DNA from: Takakia lepidozioides
Lineage: Eukaryota; Plantae; Bryophyta
DNA length: 64,000 nt
Assembly (NCBI GenBank): GCA_030704615.1
Contig: CM060732.1
Coordinates: forward strand, 56,172,001 to 56,236,000
Direction: 5' to 3'
Within the stretch, counting starts at the first letter, position 1. Every line of letters begins with the position of its first letter. This document shows positions 36,501 to 48,500 of this stretch, in pieces. The notes beneath the pieces are model-generated. The model was not told where the DNA came from and did no database searches. It saw nothing but the letters and a program-made list of their open reading frames with translations. Both the position numbers and the translations under genes were made by a program.

Positions 36501-39500
36501 TGAGGATAAACAATGCTTGGCAGCCTACCTGCACGAGGCCTTCACCCTTAGACAATCGCTAGAACATTAATTGTTATTCTTGGTTTCTGGATTTGTTCCT
36601 CTCTCATGTTTTCTTCCATTTTGTCCCATAAGCTCTATGAGCTTTCCGTGGACGTTATAAAGCACCATTTCATTTCATTTCATTTCCATTTTGTCCCATA
36701 AGCTCTATGAGCTTTCCGCGGACGTTATAAAGCACCATTCATTTCATTTCATTTCTTATCTAGTCCCAGAAGCCCTTTGAGCTTTCTGCTGATGTTGTAA
36801 AGTGTCCTTTCATTTCCTTTCAAACTAAAGAACGCTTCTTCTTTTCTTGCCCTCTGTATTATGAGATCCGTGGGAGATTCCACTGTCTATTCCGTGGTAC
36901 TCAATCTTACACTGAAGTCTTCCATTAGGGGGATCAGATTATACGACTCTCTATCTCTACTAATTCCCAAGCTATGTCCAATGCTATCTCCATGTCCTCT
37001 ACCTCCACTTTGAGCTGAGGCCATTTTCCAGCTTACAATCTTTCTAATGAGGTTGCAAGCGCTACCACCCAAATGGCTACCAGCCCAATGCTGGGGTCTC
37101 CATGTTCTTTGAGGGCCACGGACTCTCCGTTGCTTCCCAACTGCCACAAAATAGGGAGGGGGTGGAAATTTCCTCCGAGCAGGACTGCAACAGATGCATC
37201 AGACGAGAGCTTATGGAACTTCACGTCAGGCAGAAATGGAAACCAGCCAATCTTAGAACAAAACTGCAGTTCTGTCAGGAGACATTTCTTGGTCCTCCAT
37301 GACGATAGAATCTTGCGGCCCAGTTACCTGTCTGCAGCCCTATCTCCCTCTCTTCTAAGGGCCTTGGGGAGGTTTAGGGCGGGCTCACATAGTCTGCAGA
37401 TAGATTGTACTCATAAGATGTTGTTTGCCGTAGCCTTGTGGCAGATAGATTGTACTCATAAGACGTTGTTTGCCTTGTGGCAGATAGAGACAGGTAGGTG
37501 GGACAACCTGCAATGTGAGGACCACCTATTCCCTGCTTGTGCTGGGAATCAACAGGGAAATTGGAAGCGAAGAACATTTCTTCTTTCATTGTCCTTTCTA
37601 CCATGAGATCTATAAGAGATTCTATTGTTCCCATACCCAACCTCTCACAGACACTTTCCATTACCAGGATCAGAAATGCTTAGCAGCATACCTGCATAAG
37701 GCGTTGACTCTTAGACAATTCCTTGAGCAATAGTTGTGTTTGGGCTGCTTTTGAAGGGCCCCTCTTTCTTATAAGTACAATTTCATTTCATTTCATTTGT
37801 TGTTTCATTCTTTCTCTTGTCCCGCAAGCTCTTTGAGCTTCCATGGACATTATGAAGTTCCATTTCATTTCCTTCATTCTCTCAAACACATGCACATGGA
37901 CAAAGATTCAACAAACTTTTTTTCTCGAACTGACCTACCATTCAGTTAGTACTGTGACCCCATGAACAGTCTGTGTACCCGTGGGATCGTCATCCAGGAC
38001 CACCAGTACTTTGGTATGTCCCTCACACTCAATCTTACGAACTTCCTCCACAGGGTCCTCGGACCACTCTTCTGGAAGAGCCTTCAGAGTGCTATCCCTT
38101 TCTAAAGTTGGCATTTGGGTGGTGTTCATCTCACTGGAGGGAAGAATGCTTGCTGACTTCGGAGCCTTTGGTGCTGCAACCGTGATCCCTGTCAACTTCT
38201 CAAAAACCTGAAGAGAATTGAAATACAAAGAAGAGAATCTTCAGAACCCAAAACTGTTAGACCATTTGTACAAGATCACATAGCTAATCAGGGCCAGGGT
38301 AGCATAACATCTGGCACAAGCTTGGTTATTGTTTGACCTAGAAGCATTTTCTCAATGTACCTTCACAACTGCAGCATCATCCTCCCGTCCCAAACCAGCA
38401 GCCGATCCTGTAGGAATAAATAGAGAACAAATCGGTTGTTTCAATTTGTTTCAATGTCACTTTTCAGTTTCAGTAATCCTGCAATCTTTGCAAACTTGAC
38501 ATGTGCCTTACCTTTCCACTGATGAGATCGTTGCCAAGTACCGATGTCATCCATTTTCAGGAAATTTAGCCTCGTGGTCACAAAACTGTCTCAAATTTAG
38601 CAAGGACAGATACCTATGATGAACTGCTGGAGAGAAGCAGCACAGAGAGGAAGAGGCAGCTGCAATCTCTTGGCCTCACCCGCAGCGATCCCCTGCAACA
38701 CTAATTGGAAACATTACACTGTGACCAGCCTGCACTTTAATATGTTCTTTTTGATGTAACCATTTGGCCATAAGGATGAGCATTTCGAACAAAAGACAAA
38801 CAATAGGGACAGGAGGGAGTGGAACAGTGGGGGAGGTGGGTACTTGGAAACTCCATAGTCATCATGGTAGTTTTGCAATGGGAACTTTATAGTGTCCGCA
38901 GAAAGCTCAAAGAGCTTCTGGGACAAGAGAAAGCAAATGAAATGAAATGAAATGAAATGAAATGAAATGGTACTTTATAACGTCCGCGGAAAACTCATAG
39001 AGCAAGAAACAAGAAATGATGAAATGAAAAGGTAATTTATAACGTCTGCAAGAAGCTCAAGAGCTTATGGGACAAGAGGCAATGAAATGAAATGGTGCTT
39101 TATAACGTCCGCAGGAAGCACATAGAGCTTATGGGACAAAATTGGAAAAAACAAGAGAGAGGAGACAAAACCAGAGCCAAAAAGCAGCCCAAAAGCAACT
39201 ACTGCCCAATGGATTGCCTAAGGGTCAAAGGCCTCGTGCAGATAAGCTGCCAAGCATTTCTGTTCCTCATAATGGAAGACTTCAGTGAGAGATTGGTTTC
39301 CACGGGATAGACAGTGGAATCTTCCACGGATCTCATAGTACAGAGGGCAATAAAAGAAGAAGTGTTCTTCAGTTTCAATTTCCTGGTTGCGCCCGGTGCA
39401 AGCTGGGCATAGGGGGTCCTCCCGTTGTGGGTTTTCACCTCTACCAGTCTCTATCCGTAGATTGTGGGAGCCCACCCTGAACCGCCCCAATGCCCTCAGG

Positions 39501-42500
39501 AGGGAAGAAGATCAAGGCGCCGAAAGGTAATTGGGCCGCAAGATTCTATCATCACGGAGAGAGAGAGGGGCCACAAGCAACCCGAAAGAAGGAAACTTTA
39601 TAACGACCATGGGCAGCTCAAGGAGCTTATGTGACAAAGAAAAGCAGAAAAGAAAATGGAGTCCCCAACAACCACCACAAAAAGAAGACTACAAATCACC
39701 TTCAAGAGATTCTCTAAGGTGGAAAGCCTCATAGTAGATATGCCGCAAGACATGTCTGATCTTCGAAATGTAACACCTCTGTCAGGGATTGGCCCTCCCT
39801 ATAAGGCAGTAATAGTGGTCCTGAATTTCATAGCCGACGGGACAGTGGAAGAGGAAATAGTTTTCCATCTCAACCTCCAGCCTGTCTTGTCAAGTGCAAG
39901 CAGGACAAATGAAATGAAATGGTACTTTATAATGTCTGCAGAAAGCTCAAGGAGTTTATGGGGCTAATAAAGACTGAAACTTTATACAGTCCCCAAGAAC
40001 CTATGGACAAAGTACAACAGCAGGTACCCACTTAAAAACGAGATTTAAGATTTATAGATATAAAGAGGATGTTGGGGAGAAGCCAAGGAAGATGCGTGTT
40101 GACCCAAAGAGCAAGACAGGGGGCATTGGCAATCTTACCAGGTCCTTAACAAAGATATCAAGTGCTGAAAGTGGAGTGTAGTCAGCATCAAGCATATGGG
40201 GCACCCGGTTCACAAACATCCTGGTATAGTCATAAGCCAAAGTCACGATTCGAGGTTACAATCTTGCCTTGATTCTTTTCCCCTTCATATTATTTAGTGC
40301 CTTTAGCCATGCAAATAATACTACCAGCTACATTTACCAGCAAGCCTTCTACTTACCACGATCTGAAGTGGTCTTTTGGGAGTATTCAAAGTTCATTGAC
40401 CAGGTATTACTCTCTCTGTAAGTTTCTTTCTCCCTGTCCTCTAGGAAGCCTATTGACATTGGGTGGACTTGAAACGGGAGTACATTAATGTCTCTGTGAC
40501 TAAATGCCGGCCTTGTGACCTCGTGTCCTTGTTTGTTTCGACCTGAAGCGCTTTGCTTCAGGTAAGGTAGTGCATTGGATTTAGTTGGAAAGCTTGGGGC
40601 CTTTCCCTCTTTAGAATATGCCTACACGGGCCATTCCCTGCAACTCCCTGGAGTGTGATCTCTGAATGGTAACAAGCGGACTCCTACCGCTTGGGGGCAG
40701 CCCCTCCACCCAAATTGGGCAGTTGTATGCTCTGTCTAGCATACTCGGCACTTGGGCTCGGGTTGGTTCCTGTGCTTAAACTTATGGCCTGCGAAAACAA
40801 TCAAAAATTTAGCTCCTATCAACATCAACACTCCTCAGGGTGATCCCTGGGAATTGGTTACTTATGCCAAATCTAGGGCTTCATGTGTAGTTTTTGGGGT
40901 GAATCCCAGGATGGACGATGTGTCCTTTAAAACTACATGCTCTAGCTTAGGCTTGGATTTCATGGCATGGTACCATCTCGAGACTTGATAACAGGGGTAC
41001 GTTGAAGGTTGCAATGACCAAAAGTGCTTCTAATAGAGTCCCGCATCAATTCAATCTCAAAGAAGTTCGTCCCTTGACTGGCTGGAGAGCGGTCTTAGAC
41101 ATTGGTGATTCAATGGGGCACTCTAGGAAGACAACCAAGGGCAACAACTTCAACTTGAGAGTTTCTAATCGGTTTGATGCTCTGGATGAGGTTGAATCCA
41201 AACAGCCAGAAGGACAAGATGCCCCTAAGTGTACGGAACCTGAACGTCCTGAATCTGAAGGATTTGGTACTCTGAATGGTTTACCAATCCTCAAGGTTTA
41301 CACAAGACGAACAAATTCTATACACGGGGTAATTGTCCCCAAGCCATCAGATGGACAATCTGCCCCTAAGTGTGCAGAGCCTGAACGTCGTGTAACTGAA
41401 GGATTTGGTACTCTAAATAGTTTACCAATCCTCAAAGTCTACACAAGACGAGCAAAATCTATACACGGGGTAATTGTCCCCAAGCAGTCTGACGGACAAT
41501 CTGCCCCTATGTGTGCGGAGCCTGTGCGTCGTGTAACTGAAAGATTTGGTACCCTGAATGGTTTACCAATTCTCAAAGTTTACACAAGACGAGCAAAATC
41601 TACACATGGGGTAACTGTCCCCCCTTTGCAGAACGGTTGGCCGTCCAGGAGCAATCACAAGCTACCTAGACGACAAACAATTCACACGCAAAGGGCTGGC
41701 TTGCGGCTGGCCACTTTCAACTTCTCAGGGTTGACCAACCAAAGGAAACAACTTGAAGTGGGACAAGTTCTTCGGACTAATGATATTCATATCTGTGCTG
41801 GGCAAGAAACATGGGAAACGTCGGATAAACTGGTTGGAGATGTCATTGGTTATAAATGGGCAGGTAAGATGTGTACTCTCAAGGCAGCCTCTGCCAAACG
41901 CGGTCAAAAAGGGGTTGGATTCTTTGTCCGTGATTTCTCGTTTGACAATTGTGAAATTATCAACAAGGGTTTGAGGTACGAGCATAGTATCTGGCTAAAA
42001 CTGAATTTGAAGGGCGGCATGAGTACAAAGGACCTCTTTGTTGGTTGTGTTTACATGCCCACAGAGGGGACCCTTAGTGCTGACGCAGACAAGGCCTTCA
42101 AAGATGTAAAGCTGGACTGTGCTTCGTTCCTTGCCAAAGGTCAGGTGGTACTATTGGGGGACTTCAATGCCCGGGTGGGCAAAGGGATCCATCAGGACGA
42201 TATCATTGGACCTTTTGGTGAGGACGAGCTGAATTCTAATGGCAGACGGTTAATTAACTGTCTAGAAGAGCTTCAGCTTTTGACCTTGAATAACAGGACA
42301 AGAGGTGACCAAGTGCAGTGGAATCGTGAGAAACCCCAAACTGGGGAACGTTCCATTGTGGACTATATCATAATGGACAAAATTTTGTTCCCCCAGTGTG
42401 CCAATGTGTTGATCGACAGAACTGATATTGGTACCTCTGACCACTTCCTGGTTTGGACTGAGATCAAAAGGTGTTTTCCCACCACCAAGAGATCTGTGAA

Positions 42501-45500
42501 ACGTTCGATTCGGAAGTGGCGCATAGAAAAATTCCACAATGAGGAGGTCAAGGCTGAGTACGTCCAGGCCTTGCAAGAGGCTCTCCCTCATTTTGTCCAA
42601 TCGCTCCAAGAACTTCAGTCACGCTCTGTTAACGCAAGAAATGAAGTCGAAAGAGCAGTGGACTCTTGGGAGAGTTTCGTTTCCTCCGTGGCTGACAAGA
42701 TCATTGGGAGGAAACTAATTGTCTGCGGTAGAGCAGTTAATTGGTGGACTAATAAGATTAAACTCAAGATAGCTGAGAGACGAGCCCTCTATAAAGAGTG
42801 CTGCAATTTGGAAACCAACAGAGAATTGTGGGCGAGGTACTACCAGCTCCGTAAAGATATCAATCAGCTTGTTAGGTCTCAGAAGAAATTATACTGGGAC
42901 AAGTTATACAGTGAAATAAACTCAAACCACCATGGTGGTAATGACAAGAAATTCTGGTTGGCCCTTCAACGTTTGTACAAACCGAAAAACAGTCAGCAAG
43001 TACAAGCGCTGAAGACTACTAAAGGTGCAGTGGTGACTTCATCGGTTGTCATTGTCAAACCTTGGAAACTCACTACAGTATCCTTGGCAGAACTTCTAGG
43101 TCTAACAGTGAGGGGTCTTCTGCTGAATGGAGGGACACAGTTGGAAAAACTGTTCCTATGATTCAAAACAGCCCTGATGAACTGGAGTATATTTCAATGG
43201 CTTATAATGCTCCCATTAGTTCTTCTGAGATTGTGGAAGCAATTGAACATTTAAATGGATATAAAGCTGGTGGACCTGATGGTATTGTCAACAAGCTTAT
43301 CAAGCACGGTGGCGATCCCATGATAGAGGCCCTAGTTCTCCTCTTTAACCTTATCTGGAGGACTGAAATGATCCCCTTTCGCTGGCGACAGGGGGTCATT
43401 GTCAATCTATACAAGAAGGGTGACAGAGAAGAACCGGGGAACTACCGTGGCATCACGCTCCTCAATGCTGTTGGCAAGACATTCTGCAGAGTTATAAGTA
43501 CTCGTCTCGAGGTTGATCTGGAGTCTAGAGGTTGTTTCCACGAAGGCCAAGCTGGCTTTCGGCGAAACAGGGGCTGTGTGGATCATATCTTCACTCTAAG
43601 CCAGATTATCCAGGGAAGGAAAAAAGAAGGGAAACCCACTTATGTCTTTTTCCTGGATGTCAAAAAGGCTTATGACACAGTGTGGAGAGTTCCAGGCCCT
43701 ATTGCCGTTCAGGGACTTAGCCATTTTCGGGCAAAGTCCCTAGACTGGCTGGCCCTGAAGTGGAAATTCGGCGCCATATTCCAGTTTTAGGCCCTATTGC
43801 CGTTCAGGGACTTAGCCATTTTCGGGCTAAGTCCCTAGACTGGGTGGCCCTGAACTGGAAATTCGGCGCCATTTTCCAATTCCAGGCCGTATTGCCGTTC
43901 AGGGACTTAGCCATTTTCGGGCTAAGTCCCTAGACTGGGTGGCCCTGAAGTGGAAATTCGGCGCCATATTCCAGTTGTAGGCCCTATTGCCGTTCAGGGA
44001 CTTAGCCATTTTCGGACCTCATTGTGTTTTTCATGAATGCAGGTACTGTAAGTTCTCCCTTTTGGAGAAAGGTCATCTGTCTTTCGAGCCACCATTCTTC
44101 CTGGCATGGAGGAACCCTGGGGCTGACTCCATGTACACTGACGATATTGTGAAGGAGTGGCATCTGGAACATTTGCGTGACTGCCCTTGGTATGTGGACC
44201 TTCCGCCCGGCTCGCTCGACCCATCCGAGTTTCAATTGAAGCTGGATGCTGAATTCCGACGAAACCGGGCTCCGCTGCCTCCGTTGGGTGCAAAAGAGGC
44301 TGGTCTTGTGGGATCAAGGGAAAGATGTGGAGAGTTGTCCACAACTTGTATGCTCACACCAAAAACTGTGTCACTGTTAACGGACAGAAGTCCAACTTCT
44401 TTGACACAGACCAAGGTGTAGCTCAAGGATGTACTCTCTCCCCTCTGCTCTTCAATGTTTTCATCAATCAACTCCTCGAGGATGTGGAAAGTGAGGGATT
44501 TGGGTTAAGGGTGGGTGATACCACCATACCAGCCCTTATGTTTGCGGATGACTTCACAGGCATAGGGGAGACTCCAACCAATCTCCAGGAGTTGATTGAT
44601 TGCGCGAAGAGATACTTTGATCTTTGGGGGCTAGAGGCTAATGTCAGCAAATGTGCAGTGGTAGCATTCAACGACAGAGGAGAGAGAGGAAGTGATCTTA
44701 AGTGGCAGTGGGGTAGCCAAGAGATCCTGGTCCTCCCTTCCTACACTTACCTGGGCGTTTAGTTCTCTAATTGTAATTGGGATGCACATATCCGGAAAGT
44801 TGTTCAAACTGGCAAGGGCAATGGTCTGGGGCTCACTAAATTTTTCCACTGCAGAGGGGTCAACTCTGAGGTTAAGAAAACCATGCTTTGTCGCGTTATT
44901 AGACCTGCCTTGGAGTACGGATCTGCTATATGGGTTGATAACTCCAACCAGCCTAAGTCTCTAGAATCCATTCAAGTGGGGGTGCTTAAGGAGTGTATGT
45001 CAGCATGCTCCAAAACAGCCAATGTGGCTGTTCGGGGTGAGTTTGGCATTCCGTCCTTAAGCTCCCAACGAGATGAATTCAAGGTCAGATGGTGGGGTCA
45101 GCTGCAACATATGCCCAACACCAGATATCCTAAATTAATCGACTCTATATCTTGGAAACAGGACCGCCCTGTCAAACAGGCTAAGTCCTGGCAGAAGAGA
45201 GTAGAAGACATCCTCAAGGACCTGGACCTGGATCCGCAAGTCTTGACCCTGCTGGATAAATCTGACTTAGAGGCTGTAGTGTCCTCAGCCATGTCTGTTG
45301 CCATGAGATTGTCTGATGAAAATGAAGTTAGGCAGAAAACTTCCCTGGACTTGTTTCCAGTCTGTGACATGGGGGAGGACATCTTGGATGACCTCAAGGG
45401 TCTACCCACTCTCGGCACTAGACTGAAATTTAAACTCAGGGCAGGAAGCCTACCTTTGAACAGCAAACAGAAGCAGAGAGGAAAGGGAGAGTGCAATTGC

Positions 45501-48500
45501 CCGTTGTGTGGGCAATCTGAAGACAGTATTCATTTTCTGATACACTGTCCGGGGTTCTCTCACCAAAGAGACGCTCTCTTCAAATCTATTAAGGGAATTG
45601 TGCTTGTACCCCTGTTTACCAACTTTGAAAGTCTCGAGGCTGAGCCAAAAGCCCAGGCCCTCCTGAGGCCTAGTTTTTGGGCAAATCACACACAGCAGAT
45701 TGATGCTTGTGTGAAGGGATTTCTAGAGGATATCTGGAAAACCCGGATTAATTCTTTATATGGAGGTAAGTCTTACTACCAACGTCAGCCCCTGACAGAG
45801 GTAGGTTCTGTCCCTTTTGTTCCCGCTCAAACTGGGCGCGGGGTCAATGGCCACAAGGCTACGGCAAACAACGTCTTATGAGTACAATCTCTGTAAGTTT
45901 CTAGTGCTCACCTTTTTTCCTTTCTGGACTTGTTCCTCTCTCATGTTTTCTTCCATTTTGTCCCATAAGCTCTACGAGCTTTCCGCGGACGTTATAAAGC
46001 ACCATTTCATTTCATTTCCTTTCTGACTTTCACAAAATCCGGATGGGATGGAAATTTCGTCCAAGCAGGACTGCAACAGATGCATCAGACGAGAACTTAT
46101 GAAATTTCATGTCTGGAAAACATGGAAACCGGCCAATCTTAAAAGTAAACTGCAGTTCTATCAGGAGACATTCTTGGTCCTCCATGACAATAGAATCTTG
46201 TGGCCCAATTACCTGTGTGCAACTCTATCTCCCTCTCTTCTAAGGGCTTGGAGGTTTAGGGTGGGCTCCCACAGACTGCGGACAGATTGTACTCATAAGA
46301 CGTTGTTTGCCGTAGCCTTGTGGCCATTGACCCCGCGCCCAGTTTGAGCGGGAAAGACTGCGGACAGAGACTGGTAGGTGGGACAACCTGCAACATGAGG
46401 ACCACCTCTGCCCTGGCTTGCACTGGGAAAAACAGGGAAATAGAAAAGGAAGGACATATCTTCTTTCACTGTCCTCTCTACTATAGATCCGCGGGAGATT
46501 CTTTTGTCTGTTGTCTATCGTCTATACCTAATCTCTCACAGACATTCTTCCATTATGATCATAAATTTGCAGCATATCTGCATGAGGCATGGACTTTTAG
46601 ACAATCCCTTGAAGAATAGTTGTTTTTGGGCTGCTTGTGGAGGGCCCCTCTCTCTTTCTTGTTTCATTTTCCCATAAGCTCTTCGAGCTTTCCCTGGACG
46701 TTATAAAGTATCATTTCATTTCTGTTTCTTGAACATCCAACATGGCTATTATGCCTGAGAGCTCCTGGGTATTCCTGGCTCCTTGATTCTCATATTGTAT
46801 TTCTAGTACGTCAGTACAACATGATAATGCCATAACTCATGTATGGAAGACGAAAGGCTAACTCATCCACAAGCACAAAATGTGCAAGTTACAAGAAAGA
46901 AGAATGGTCTTAGGAAGACAACTAGCAACAAGACATCATGTTCTTTGGCATGCAAAGGTGAAATGAAATGAAATGGTACTTTATAAGGTGATAAGTCACA
47001 TACCAAGAGGTTCCAGCAGCATTAGAGATGATGTCATAAAGGGAGCGTGTATCAAGACCTTGTCGTGCACCAAAAGCCATGCCTTCAGCGGCAGCTGCAA
47101 TGTGCACACCTGCTAGCAGTTGGTTCACCATCTTCACTGTACTGTATGCTCAACAAGCCAATGGTTAATGTTTATGAAGATACAACAACATTAAGCATTT
47201 CAATCCCAGCTAAGAAAAGATTTTCATAACCTCAACAGGGAGGCACCAAGGACCACTGGGCAACAACAAGAGAAAGAATCTATTAAGTCCAATGTGGCAT
47301 ACCCTAAAAGGCACAGTCCGTGCAAGGCCCCCGACCCTCCTAGGTTGGTCATCGGTTTTCACCTTCCAAGGTATGAAGGCTGTACTCGCCATTGTGTACA
47401 GCCAACCCTTCGGTGAGACGGCCATGTTAGCATATTGGCTGGCATTGAATCTTGCTAATCTTAGCCTACACCTAACACTGATCTCACATGTGGGCATGAT
47501 AGCAATATCAGATACCCTTCCTGCCTGATATTCAGGTAATTGAAAATCTCCTCTACCCCTTTCCGCCGGGACTTACCACTGGACGGTCTTGCTTTCAAGA
47601 GGTAGAGTCGATCATCTTAGGGTATCTGGTATTGGCATGCAATTCAACCGACCCCACCATCAGACTCTGAGCTCATCACATTGAGAGCTCAAGCGGGGGT
47701 ACGCCAAACTCACCCCGAGCGGCCACGTTAGCTGTTCTGAAGCACACTGGCACCCTCTCTTTGAGCACCGAAAGCTGAATGGATTCGAAAGTTTTAGCAT
47801 GGTTGGAGTTGCCATCCCACACAACAGATGTGTCCTCTAAGGTAGGCTTAGTAACGTTTCAAAGCATGGTCCTTTTAACTTCAGTATTAATCCCTCTGCA
47901 GTGCAATTTTTTGTAAGACCCAAAGCTTAGCATTCAGCTGTTTGAACCACTTTTCGTCCATGCACATCCCAGTTACAATTGAAGGAAAACTCAACATCAA
48001 GCTATGTGTAGGAAGGAAGCATAGGGATCCATGTCCCCTCCTCCCCCCCCACAATTGTTGAAGTCCACCACTGCACATTGCTAACATTGGGTTCTAGCCT
48101 CCACAGGTCCAAATACCTCTTCGCACAATCAATCAACTCCTGAATATTGGATGGGGTATTTCCTAGGCCCGCGAAGTCATCCACAAACATAAGAGCTGGT
48201 AAGGTGGCATCACCCATCTTTAACCCAAATCCCTTGCTTTCCACATCTTCAAGGAGCTGATTAATGAAAACATTGAAGAGCAGTGGGGAGTGGGTACAAC
48301 CTTGAGCTACACCTTGATCAACGTCAAAGAAAATAGACTTCAGTCCACTAAGAACAACACAACTTCTGGTATTCACATACAGGTTGTGCACCATTCTCCA
48401 CATCTTTTTGCTGACCCCAGAAGGTCACAGTCAGCCACAGCCCATCGTGTCATAGCGTCATAAGCCTATTTTACATCCAGGAAGAAGACAAAGGAGGGGT

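Larger units (their letters stand above)
40428..45887 (+). mobile_element. LINE family A, apparently full-length (APE endonuclease + RT + CCHC finger), disrupted
   Basis: APE motifs ATFNFSG, GQETW, LGDFNARVG, SIVDYII, TSDH; RT motifs NYRGITL, GQAGFR, FLDVKKAYDTVW, GVAQGCTLSP, FADD, YLG; CPLC..HFLIHC; 15-bp TSD tctctgtaagtttct at 40413-40427 and 45888-45902. Confidence 0.95.

Noticed and set aside
43690-44015. CRISPR array (palindromic repeats)
   Set aside because: The units repeat over their entire length with no unique spacers; there are no cas genes and the context is eukaryotic.
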